A stretch of 64,000 nt of DNA from the IMG/VR virus record IMGVR_UViG_3300036828_000615, positions 1 to 64,000 of that record; one strand, 5' to 3'. Position numbers and translations under genes: made by a program. Of the stretch, positions 8,674 through 16,953 are shown in pieces. Below the pieces are notes generated by a model that worked only from the letters and a program-made list of their open reading frames with translations, was not told the origin of the DNA and ran no database searches. Each line of letters starts with the position of its first letter. The first letter of the stretch is position 1. Source of the stretch: a virus. Taxonomy: Duplodnaviria > Heunggongvirae > Uroviricota > Caudoviricetes.

Positions 8674-8772
8674 TATGAAGTTCTCAAACAACAGCCTTCT
8701 GTATACGCCGGTACACACCCGCGGCACAAGCCATTAACGGCGTGTCGCTGATTTACCTCTACCGGCCCTGGC

Positions 8773-9162
8773 ATGATGATTACCGTGGCGGAGGAGAACT
8801 GGATGCCGGTGGGTAGCTTCGGCGGAGCCTACGCGCAGGCATACGAGGTTTCCGATCGCGGCAACGTCCAGTCGATCCCGCGTCATCGCCGCGGTCGGCA
8901 GAACTCCACCCGCAAGGTCAACGGCCGGGTGCTCTCGCCGCGCGTCCGCGACAACGGCGTGCAGGCGGTCAACCTCTGGCACGAGAACGAGTACAAGCAG
9001 GTGCCGGTGAAGGTCCTGGTGCTCGAAGCATTCGTCGGCGAGTGCCCGGCGCACCATGAAGCGCGCTGCCTCGACGGCAACGAGGCCAACCTGGCGCTGG
9101 GCAATCTCGCCTGGAAGCCCGCGGGCGGGCTGGCAGTGCTGCATGAGCGGCTGAGCCGATGA
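8773..9162 (+). CDS. HNH endonuclease (NUMOD4 plus HNH_3)
   Basis: Motifs AYEVSDRGNVQSI and HHEARCLDGNEANLALGNL. Confidence 0.75.
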   Translation: MMITVAEENWMPVGSFGGAYAQAYEVSDRGNVQSIPRHRRGRQNSTRKVNGRVLSPRVRDNGVQAVNLWHENEYKQVPVKVLVLEAFVGECPAHHEARCLDGNEANLALGNLAWKPAGGLAVLHERLSR

Positions 9163-9449
9163 CCGGGTGTCCAGATGTGGACACCCCCAGCTGGCGCGGT
9201 ATGACCTTCGGCCAGTTCAACGCCATGCTGGCCGCGCGCAAGGCCGCCGCCGAGGAGCTGGCCCGCGTTGCGCCGCAGCTGGACGACCTCGTCGCGGCGC
9301 CGTGTGTGCACCCGTTCGAGGTGACCGGGATGCAGTGGCATGCCCGCCGCACGCCCGGACATCTGATGGTCACCATCGACTACGTCTGCCCGGACTGCGG
9401 GAAGACGGTCGCCCGGAGCAAGCGCGACATCAAGGCCACCCTGTCGTAG
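9159..9449 (+). CDS. hypothetical protein with C-terminal CPDCG
   Basis: ORF 9159..9449. The start may instead be ATG 9201, downstream of the palindrome. Confidence 0.5.
   Translation: MTGCPDVDTPSWRGMTFGQFNAMLAARKAAAEELARVAPQLDDLVAAPCVHPFEVTGMQWHARRTPGHLMVTIDYVCPDCGKTVARSKRDIKATLS
9165..9186. promoter_or_regulatory. palindrome GGGTGTCCA-N4-TGGACACCC, copy 1
   Basis: Perfect 9-bp inverted arms located 3 nt after the HNH stop. The same motif recurs at 23063 and 62245. Confidence 0.6.
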
Positions 9450-9489
9450 CCCCCGAGTAGCGTCAGACGATCCCACGAGAAGGAGCACG

Positions 9490-9837
9490 ATGACCACGAT
9501 GACCGCGAGCATCTCGTCCAGCTTCGATGTGTTCCACGCCGAGAACCCGCAGGTCTACCGCATCCTGGTGCGCCTGGCGCGCCAGTGGGTGTCGAGCACC
9601 GGGCGCCACTCGCTCGGTATCGGCGCCCTCTATGAACGGGCGCGCTGGGAGATCGCCATCGCCACCAGTGACCCCGACTACAAGATCAATAACAACTTCC
9701 GGGCGTTCTACGCCCGGCTGATCATGCACCGCGAGCTTGACCTGGTCGGGCTGTTCGAGCTGCGGACTTCCGAGGCCGACGAGTGGCTTCAGAACCTGAT
9801 CGACGCGGAGGAAAACGGATATGGAGGTCTGTGGTAA
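9490..9837 (+). CDS. hypothetical protein (115 aa)
   Basis: RBS gagaaggagcacgATG. Confidence 0.65.
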   Translation: MTTMTASISSSFDVFHAENPQVYRILVRLARQWVSSTGRHSLGIGALYERARWEIAIATSDPDYKINNNFRAFYARLIMHRELDLVGLFELRTSEADEWLQNLIDAEENGYGGLW

Positions 9838-10238
9838 TGGCTGAGATCAGCTTGTCGGGCAAGCTTCCACGAGGTGATGCGAATGGGCTTAGTCCCATCG
9901 TTAGATCACTGATCGCCGAACCAGAGAAGGTGCATGCGCTGGTTCTACTGGTTGACTGCGTGCGGATCACAACTGAAACCGAAACCGGCGAAACGATTCC
10001 GACAATGCGCATCCGTCGCGCCGAGGTGATCTCGCATGCCGACCTCAAGGAGGCGCAGCGGTTGATCCGCCGGGGCTGGGAGAAACGCGCCGGCGACACC
10101 GTGTTGCCGATCGAACTCGAGGACGATCTCACGACGATCTTCAAGGGCATCGACCTCACCACCGAGCCGGAGAAACCCCGCAAGGACGCCGAGGAGGGTG
10201 GCGAGGACGGCGCGGAGCCGGGCGACGAACAAAGCTGA
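9837..10238 (+). CDS. hypothetical protein (133 aa, acidic C-terminus)
   Basis: TAATG overlap with the upstream stop. Confidence 0.55.
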   Translation: MAEISLSGKLPRGDANGLSPIVRSLIAEPEKVHALVLLVDCVRITTETETGETIPTMRIRRAEVISHADLKEAQRLIRRGWEKRAGDTVLPIELEDDLTTIFKGIDLTTEPEKPRKDAEEGGEDGAEPGDEQS

Positions 10239-10687
10239 TGCGCAGCTATGAGGAGATCTACGCCACCGCCCGCGACGAGCGGCCGTTCTCCAACGGCACC
10301 GAGGGCTACGCCTGGATGGAGAACTGGTGCTGGGCGCCGTGTCACAACCCCGCCGAATTGGCGTGGCAGCGTTACGAGAACGGCGAGCGCAAGACCGCGC
10401 CGAAGGACTTCCCCGGCGGCTGCCCGCTGATCCTGTGCGCGCTGATCGGTCGCACCCCGACTGAGTGGATCGACACCTGGGACGGCGAGGGTCCGTACCC
10501 GCTGGGCGATAGGTTCCACTGCATCGAATACAGGGGACCAGACGACGGCCCCGGCGGGGACCCCCAGCCACGACCCCGCCGGGAGCCGCCCAATATGGAC
10601 GGATTGTTCGAGCGGCCGGAGCGGACGGTGCGGATGCTCAAGGTGGCTGAACCGGTAAGTCAAGAGCGTGTCGGTGCCCGGCGTTAA
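10238..10687 (+). CDS. hypothetical protein (149 aa)
   Basis: TGATG overlap. Product contains WMENWCWAPCHNP. Confidence 0.6.
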   Translation: MRSYEEIYATARDERPFSNGTEGYAWMENWCWAPCHNPAELAWQRYENGERKTAPKDFPGGCPLILCALIGRTPTEWIDTWDGEGPYPLGDRFHCIEYRGPDDGPGGDPQPRPRREPPNMDGLFERPERTVRMLKVAEPVSQERVGARR

Positions 10688-12692
10688 GGTGCGGGCCGTG
10701 CCTAGAAGGCGCTTCAGCAGCCGAGAGCGAACCGCGCTCTACCTCGCGGCCGATGGTCACTGTGAGGACTGTGGAGTCCGTCTGGAGCCGAGTTGGCACT
10801 CTGATCACGCCATCCCTTACTCGTTTGGTGGACCCACGAATGTTGTCAATGGCCGGGCACTGTGTCGGGCCTGCAATCTAAAGAAAGGGAACAAGATGGA
10901 CGGACTTTACGATTGGCAGCGCCAAGCGGTCGATAAGTTTCGCCGAGCAGTCAACCCTCGCCGGTTCCTGCTCGCGGCATTCCCAGGTATGGGCAAAACG
11001 AGATGCGCAGTCTCGATCCTTGAATCCACTGGCCGGTTCGGGATCATTCTTGTGCCGCAGGCTGACGTGGTTTCCCACTGGCGCAAGTGGCTACATCCCC
11101 ATCTCCCGCCAGCGAAAGTCACTACCGACGGCATTAGCCAACTCTGCCCTTGTGGCTGCCGACGTAAAGCCCGTTCAGCGGTTATGACATACGCTTTCGC
11201 AGCCGCTAATCCGCATATCCTTGCGACAATTTATCGCCAGCATGGCCCCTGCCTACTGATCTGCGATGAGGTTCACCACCTCCGTCGTGAGCGGTCATGG
11301 TCAGCGGCGATAATTAGCGCCTCCCCGTTCATCGACATGGTTCTCGCCTTATCCGCCACCCCGTTCCGTACCGACGAGGAGCCTGTTCCTTTCGTTCACA
11401 CCGAAGGGCCGTGGTCAACTGAGATCAACCTGATAACCGAGGATTACATCGCGGAGTACGGCTACGGGGCTGCGCTGACAATGGACCCGCCGCCGGTGAC
11501 CCGAGCGGTGTTCGAACGGTACGACGCGGACGTTACGTGGCTTGAAGCCGACATTGATGGCGAGGTGGAGAAGCAAGCCACATTAAGTGGGGAGCACGCG
11601 GTCGAGGTCGCCCGTAAGGCTCGCCGACATGCGATCGACGCTCGGGGTGACTGGCTCAACCGCGTTCTGATAAGCGCGGACGACAAGCTCGTATCTCTCA
11701 GGGCAGATGACCCCAGGGCAGGAGGGGTCATTATTTGTCGTGACACGAACCATGTGGTCGCGACCGCGAATCTACTTCTCGGTATCGGCACGGAAGATAT
11801 CGCCGTCTATACCCAGGACTACGCGACAACCAGTCACCGGCTCGGTGATGGCCGAATTCTCGATAACGGGACACGGTCAGGTCACCGACCAAGCCAAGAC
11901 GTTTTATCGGCATATATGGACGGCACCGCTAAATGGATCTTGACCGTTCGGAAGCTAAGCGAGGGGGTCGACGTTCCTCGGCTCCGAGTCCTGGTTTACG
12001 CGACGGTCGTCCGAACTCGGCTGTTCTTCATCCAGGCCGTGGGCCGTGTCGTCCGGGTTAGATGGGATCTCAATGTTGGGGTTGATCAAACCGCATGGAT
12101 CTACATCCCAGATGACCCGGTTACCCGAGGGTACGCAACCGAGATCGAAAACCTAGTGGCCGACGCGGAGATCACCGCCTATGAGCAGGACGAGGACGAG
12201 AACACCGAGGGAGGTCTCCCTGAGAGGTCGTCGGAGTCGTCGGAGGTGTTCGACAGGTTCGTCAGCGCCGAGGGTGAATACGCTGGCATGACATCAGGAG
12301 GGTCCGCCCATGATCCTCAGTTAGCTAAGCTCGCCGCCGAACTCGGTGGATCGGTAGTCGGCAATTTAGATGTGTTGCACAAGCTGAGCCGTCTCGGGCT
12401 ACTTAATCTGACGAACGATGATCCACCTCCACCTGATCACGACCCGGTTGATCCGATGGTTGTGTTCGCCACTAAGGTCAAGCAGAAGAATCAGGCCGTG
12501 AAAGCCTGGGCATCGCTGCGGCTTCGTCGAGAGGACTTCCCCAGCTACGGGGACTCGATCAGGTCGTGTAACCGAGATCTAGGTGAGCTATTTGGTGTCT
12601 GGGCGGAAAATCGGAACGTGAGCGCCGACCAGGTTGAGAAGGCAACCCAGTACGCCCGGGAGCAGATCAAGCGGCTACGCGGTCGTGGATGA
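10668..12692 (+). CDS. HNH nuclease domain fused to an SF2 DEAD/DEAH-type helicase
   Basis: N-terminal HNH (CEDCGVRLEPSWHSDHAIPYSFGGPT...NGRALCRACNLKKG), Walker A FPGMGKT, and motif II LLICDEVHHL. Confidence 0.8.
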   Translation: MSVPGVKVRAVPRRRFSSRERTALYLAADGHCEDCGVRLEPSWHSDHAIPYSFGGPTNVVNGRALCRACNLKKGNKMDGLYDWQRQAVDKFRRAVNPRRFLLAAFPGMGKTRCAVSILESTGRFGIILVPQADVVSHWRKWLHPHLPPAKVTTDGISQLCPCGCRRKARSAVMTYAFAAANPHILATIYRQHGPCLLICDEVHHLRRERSWSAAIISASPFIDMVLALSATPFRTDEEPVPFVHTEGPWSTEINLITEDYIAEYGYGAALTMDPPPVTRAVFERYDADVTWLEADIDGEVEKQATLSGEHAVEVARKARRHAIDARGDWLNRVLISADDKLVSLRADDPRAGGVIICRDTNHVVATANLLLGIGTEDIAVYTQDYATTSHRLGDGRILDNGTRSGHRPSQDVLSAYMDGTAKWILTVRKLSEGVDVPRLRVLVYATVVRTRLFFIQAVGRVVRVRWDLNVGVDQTAWIYIPDDPVTRGYATEIENLVADAEITAYEQDEDENTEGGLPERSSESSEVFDRFVSAEGEYAGMTSGGSAHDPQLAKLAAELGGSVVGNLDVLHKLSRLGLLNLTNDDPPPPDHDPVDPMVVFATKVKQKNQAVKAWASLRLRREDFPSYGDSIRSCNRDLGELFGVWAENRNVSADQVEKATQYAREQIKRLRGRG

Positions 12693-13266
12693 TTCCTGGG
12701 ACCTGGTCCACGAGGCGATCCTCTCCTTCGGCCTGAAAGTTCCCGACCTGGCGCGCGCACGCGCCGCGCTGCTCCGGGTCATCAGTGAACGAGCGTGGAA
12801 ACGATACCGACCCCGAGATGGTACGGGCCAACCACTTGGGGAGGTGTGCCAGCCAGCCAGCTTTGTCGAGTGGGTTGGGGCGACGGTGCCACGGGGGCTC
12901 GAAACCACCGTGGAGAACCTTGAGGAGTTGGCCCGTGGCGACACGAAACTCATGGGCGCTTTAACCAACGAGCTGCTCCGGGCCGGAGGCCGCCCAGAAA
13001 CCGGTAATAATATACCCAGTTATGGACGCCCCGAAGGAACCTCGGAGGCCAAGGCGCTTCGTCGGCTATGTAAAGACCGACCCGATCTTTACGCCAAGGT
13101 GATCGCCGGGGAGATGACGGCGCACGCCGCCGCCGTCGAAGCCGGTTTCCGGCCCCATACCTTCACCGTGCGTGCCGACCGTCCCGAGTCGATCGCGGCA
13201 ACGCTGCGACGGCAGCTCGATTCCGAGGTGTTGAGAGAAGTGATTGACCTGCTCCGAAACGACTAA
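12685..13266 (+). CDS. hypothetical protein, possibly DNA-binding
   Basis: GTGGATGA overlap with the helicase stop. No motif could be assigned with confidence. Confidence 0.5.
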   Translation: MDDSWDLVHEAILSFGLKVPDLARARAALLRVISERAWKRYRPRDGTGQPLGEVCQPASFVEWVGATVPRGLETTVENLEELARGDTKLMGALTNELLRAGGRPETGNNIPSYGRPEGTSEAKALRRLCKDRPDLYAKVIAGEMTAHAAAVEAGFRPHTFTVRADRPESIAATLRRQLDSEVLREVIDLLRND

Positions 13267-13285
13267 CGTCCCTACGAGGAGCCCG

Positions 13286-13459
13286 ATGGTCACACCGATA
13301 AAACCGTGTCCCACCCCCGACAAGCACGCCTACCGCACCCGTGGTGAGGCGCTGGCCGGTTTCCGGGTCGGGTCACAGACCGGCAAACACCACCCGTATC
13401 TGTGTCGTTGTGGGCGCTGGCATATGACGTCCAACATCGTCTGGCCGCGCGAGGGCTAG
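13286..13459 (+). CDS. small hypothetical protein (57 aa, Cys/His C-terminus)
   Basis: RBS gaggagcccgATG. Confidence 0.5.
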   Translation: MVTPIKPCPTPDKHAYRTRGEALAGFRVGSQTGKHHPYLCRCGRWHMTSNIVWPREG

Positions 13460-13590
13460 GGTCGGTCGCGCATGAAGATCTCGCAGGCATCCAGATCCAC
13501 GGTGTGTAGCCACTCTTGGAACTCGGCGTGGGTCGCGAAGCTGCGGATCTCCACCACCTCGCCGCCGACGACCCGCTCGACAATGATCAT
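13456..13590 (-). CDS. small reverse-oriented hypothetical protein (44 aa)
   Basis: RBS ggggcaggggaATG. Product MIIVERVVGGEVVEIRSFATHAEFQEWLHTVDLDACEIFMRDRP has balanced composition. It is the only minus-strand gene in this plus-strand block. Confidence 0.35.
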   Translation of the reverse strand: MIIVERVVGGEVVEIRSFATHAEFQEWLHTVDLDACEIFMRDRP

Positions 13591-13622
13591 TCCCCTGCCC
13601 CCAATGACCAGTATCGCCACAC

Positions 13623-14579
13623 ATGTCGGTGCACACAATTACCGTTACCGCCATGACCACCCACACCCCCACCCAGCCCCTGGAAGTCATCGACGTCGCC
13701 GAGGCCGGCGAGGACGACACGCACTTCTTCTCCGTCACCACCATCCTCAAGGCCCTGTCCAGCCCGGCGCTGGAGTACTGGGGCAAAAAGCAGGTGGCGA
13801 TGGAAGCCATCGACAAGCAGGGCACCTGGCAGTCCATGCTGGAGGACTCCGGCCGGGTTGAGACCATCAAGTGGCTCTGCGGCGCGCAGTGGCGCCGGCC
13901 CAAGCTCGAGCTCGGCGCCGACCAGCTCGGCACCGTCGTGCATAAGCTGTGCGAGATCTTCTCGCTGACCGGCGAGAAGCCCGACCGTGCCTTCTGTGCC
14001 GACCTGATCCGCGCGCACGCCGCGCCCACCGTGGACCTGGAGTCCGAGATTCACACCGTCGGGCTGATGCTCAACCAGTTCGACAAGTGGTGCGACCGGT
14101 TCCAGCCCGAGTACACCGCGGCTGAGCAGCCAGTTTATTCCTACCGGTTTGGCTACGCCGGCTCCTTGGATTGCATCCTGACCATCGGCGGGGTGCGGTG
14201 CCTCTGTGATTACAAAACGAGGAGGGAGCCGCTGACCGCCAAAGGAGAGGCCCAGACCCCCTACGGTGAGACCGCGTTGCAGCTCGCGGCGTACCGCCAC
14301 GCCGAACTACAGGGCGTCGTGCGCCCGCGCCGGGTCGAGAAATTTAAGCGTCGCTACTACCTTCTCGGCGAAAAAGAGAGGGAGTTGGCTCAGCCGATGG
14401 AGCCGGTCGACGGCGCGGCCTGCCTGATTATCACGCCGCAAAGCTGTGAATGTTTTCCCATGAGAGCCGATCAGGAGGTGTTCGAGTTCTTCCTGCACAC
14501 CTACGAAGCCTGGCGCTGGCTGGAAGATGTCAGCAAGCGTGTGGTCGGCGACGCACTAGTCGCGCCAGGCGATCGCTGA
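13623..14579 (+). CDS. PD-(D/E)XK-family exonuclease (RecE/YqaJ/Cas4-like)
   Basis: Motif GSLDCILTIGGVRCLCDYKTRR (D...DYK), plus several Cys. The start may be 13623 or 13653. Confidence 0.6.
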   Translation: MSVHTITVTAMTTHTPTQPLEVIDVAEAGEDDTHFFSVTTILKALSSPALEYWGKKQVAMEAIDKQGTWQSMLEDSGRVETIKWLCGAQWRRPKLELGADQLGTVVHKLCEIFSLTGEKPDRAFCADLIRAHAAPTVDLESEIHTVGLMLNQFDKWCDRFQPEYTAAEQPVYSYRFGYAGSLDCILTIGGVRCLCDYKTRREPLTAKGEAQTPYGETALQLAAYRHAELQGVVRPRRVEKFKRRYYLLGEKERELAQPMEPVDGAACLIITPQSCECFPMRADQEVFEFFLHTYEAWRWLEDVSKRVVGDALVAPGDR

Positions 14580-15130
14580 TGGGCGGCGAGCGATGGTTAC
14601 CTGTTGCGGGATGGGAAACGACGCATCACGTCAGCGATCAAGGTCGCGTCAAAAGACTTGGCCGGTATGTAACGCGGACACGCTACGGCAAGCCTTGGTC
14701 CAGATGGGAGCCGGAGATAATTCTGCGGCCACAACGCGTCAATCGCGTCAACAAAAAGCCCTACCTTTGGATCAATCTCAAATCGCAAGGTCGAGTACGA
14801 AAGGTCTGGATTCATCGGTTGGTGTTAGAAGCCTTCATTGGACCGTGCCCGATCGGCATGGAAACGCTGCACGCGAACGACATCGCTGATGACAACCGCC
14901 TGGAGAACCTTTGTTGGGGAACGCATCTTCAAAATCAGAATCAGATGTCGCGCAACGGCCATACCACCAAGCAACGCAAGGATCTTGCGAGAGTGACCGA
15001 GGCCCAGGTGCGAGCCATCCGAACCGCCGTCGGTAATGGTGAAACACAACGATCAGTAGCCCGACGGCTAGCTATTGGAACCAACACCGTCTGGTGCATC
15101 GTCCATCACAAAACGTGGCGTTACGTCTAA
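14579..15130 (+). CDS. HNH homing endonuclease with C-terminal HTH
   Basis: Motifs THHVSDQGRVKRL and HANDIADDNRLENLCWGTHLQNQNQ. TGATG overlap. Lies between the exonuclease and the annealing-protein gene. Confidence 0.8.
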   Translation: MGGERWLPVAGWETTHHVSDQGRVKRLGRYVTRTRYGKPWSRWEPEIILRPQRVNRVNKKPYLWINLKSQGRVRKVWIHRLVLEAFIGPCPIGMETLHANDIADDNRLENLCWGTHLQNQNQMSRNGHTTKQRKDLARVTEAQVRAIRTAVGNGETQRSVARRLAIGTNTVWCIVHHKTWRYV

Positions 15131-15140
15131 AAGGAGAGCC

Positions 15141-16571
15141 ATGCCGATCTCGATTCTTGAACAACAACAGCGACTGATGGAGGTAGGCCGGCTCCGACTC
15201 GGCCGTCAAATCGAAACGCGCTCAGGGAAAAAACGTCCTACATCGCTCGATACCTGGCGGCTCACGTCGCCGGATCGGCAGCGGATCGCCGACGCAGCAC
15301 AGCTATACGGCGGAACTTTGACACAGTGGGAATCCCCCACAGGCCGGACGGAGTGGGAGGTAGTCACCACAGCCGACCGGCTACCCGTTATAGTTCCTCC
15401 CAGCGCCATGTGCTTCAGTCAATTCTTCGAACTGTGGTCCGCGGCAGGTTGTCAGAGACGATGCGACAGCATCACCGAACTGATCTCAGATCAGCCTTGC
15501 ATCTGCGATCAGGAAGATTTAGAACACCGAAAATGCGAACCCCGAACGCGCTTATCGGTAATGCTCCGTGATATTAAAGGTCTTGGACTCTGGCGCCTCG
15601 ATACCCAGGGTATATATGCGGCACTGGAGCTAAAGGGGTCTGTCGAGGTTATCTCATTGGCGGCGGGCAAAGGTCAGATGCTGCCCGCCACATTACGCAT
15701 TGATCAACGCGCCTCAAAACGTCCCGACGAGGGCACTCGCCACTATGTAGTTCCTGTCCTCGACATCGACGTAACCCCAGCAGAATTACTCATGGGCACC
15801 ATCGCTGTGCAGTCGCCGAAACAGGCTGCGCTGACACCGGTTCCGGCCAGCGGTGAGAAGCCGACCTCGATCGCCGATCAGGTCGGCGGCGCGCAGAACA
15901 TCCCGTCGCGCCGCCGCGCGCAGCCCATCCCGGCGACCGGCGTCGGGCACCGCGCACTGGGTCCGGCGCAGGTGATCGCGGGCGCACCCGAGCCGATGGC
16001 CCAGGCGGGCCGTGCCGCGGGCGGGCAGTTCGCCGAGCCCGATCCGTGGAAGGCCGTCGACGACGCGCGTGAGGCGGCCGAGGCCACCCAGGACCCGCCG
16101 CGGATGTGCACCCGCGGGCAGCTCACCAAGTTGGGCATCCTGCTGGGCAAGCAGGGCTTCACCGACAAGAGCCCTGAGGGCAAGGCGGCGCGGATGGACT
16201 TCTGTCGCGAGGCGCTGTTGATGCTGGCCGACCAGGGTGTGATGAAGCGCGAGACCTGGACGGGGCGGCCGATGAAGTCCTCGATCGAGCTCACTTTTGA
16301 CGAGGCACACCACCTGATCGAGTTCTTCGAGGCCGCCGAGAAGCAACAGGCCGAGCAGGCGGCAATGTCGGACGACAGTCAAACTGAGTCAAAGGTTGAC
16401 GATGCGCCCGAACCCGAACCGGCTGAACCTGAGCCGGCCGAGGATGACACTAGCGAGCAGTCCGTGCAGGAGTTGATCGCCGGACTCGACCCGGTCGACG
16501 AACCACCCGAGTCGGACGCCCCGGCCGAGGAGGACCCTAATCAGTTGAGTTTGCTCAGCCAGGAGCCGTGA
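15141..16571 (+). CDS. putative single-strand annealing protein / recombinase partner of the exonuclease (acidic C-terminal tail)
   Basis: RBS aaaaggagagccATG. The assignment rests on position after the exonuclease and the PEPEPAEPEPAE acidic tail. No certain motif was seen. Confidence 0.45.
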   Translation: MPISILEQQQRLMEVGRLRLGRQIETRSGKKRPTSLDTWRLTSPDRQRIADAAQLYGGTLTQWESPTGRTEWEVVTTADRLPVIVPPSAMCFSQFFELWSAAGCQRRCDSITELISDQPCICDQEDLEHRKCEPRTRLSVMLRDIKGLGLWRLDTQGIYAALELKGSVEVISLAAGKGQMLPATLRIDQRASKRPDEGTRHYVVPVLDIDVTPAELLMGTIAVQSPKQAALTPVPASGEKPTSIADQVGGAQNIPSRRRAQPIPATGVGHRALGPAQVIAGAPEPMAQAGRAAGGQFAEPDPWKAVDDAREAAEATQDPPRMCTRGQLTKLGILLGKQGFTDKSPEGKAARMDFCREALLMLADQGVMKRETWTGRPMKSSIELTFDEAHHLIEFFEAAEKQQAEQAAMSDDSQTESKVDDAPEPEPAEPEPAEDDTSEQSVQELIAGLDPVDEPPESDAPAEEDPNQLSLLSQEP

Positions 16572-16727
16572 CACGCCGCACAGAATTTTCACGACACGCC
16601 GGTTAACCCCGCCGAAACGGTGTGCACCCGGCGGGTGAAGCGGTATCGTCGCCACATCGCCGACCCCGTGCTTGAGGCCGACCTTCCGAAAAAAACGAAA
16701 GTGGTTGCGGCTAGGAGGATTCCGGTA

Positions 16728-16901
16728 ATGGTAAATGGGGACAGGCGCCACGTTTCCCCGAATGCCGTCGCGGCGATCACCCCCACCATCGACACCCACT
16801 GTCCGTCCTACCGACTCGGCCGCCACATCGGCGCCGCCCTCGGGTGGACCTACGTCCGGATGCACAACCTGTTTATGGGTGCGTCCACAGCATGTGAATA
16901 A
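16728..16901 (+). CDS. small hypothetical protein (57 aa)
   Basis: Strong RBS ggctaggaggattccggtaATG. Followed by a terminator hairpin. Confidence 0.55.
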   Translation: MVNGDRRHVSPNAVAAITPTIDTHCPSYRLGRHIGAALGWTYVRMHNLFMGASTACE

Positions 16902-16933
16902 AAGCCAGCCCCCGGGACTCGCAATCCCGGGGG
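16902..16933 (+). terminator. stem-loop (12-bp GC-rich stem): putative intrinsic terminator
   Basis: cagcccccggga ctcgcaa tcccgggggctg, immediately after the stop at 16901. Confidence 0.5.
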
Positions 16934-16953
16934 CTGATTACTGCACGAAACCG

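Noticed and set aside
8020-8680. Canonical tRNA genes on the minus strand (T-arm GGTTCGAATCC / GGTTCAAATCC and D-arm TAGCTCAGCCTGGCAGAGC seen)
   Set aside because: No complete 72-76-nt cloverleaf could be drawn. The acceptor/T-arm and D-arm-like segments are separated or permuted, and no anticodon stem fits. The elements sit inside larger stem-closed units next to Ro60, so they are interpreted as tRNA-like modules of Y-RNA-like RNAs. A tmRNA was also considered and rejected on size and lack of a tag reading frame.
8680-8772. Divergent promoter for the Y-RNA/rsr operon and the plus-strand early genes
   Set aside because: The position is plausible, but no convincing -35/-10 hexamers could be identified by eye in this GC-rich spacer, so no promoter feature is reported.
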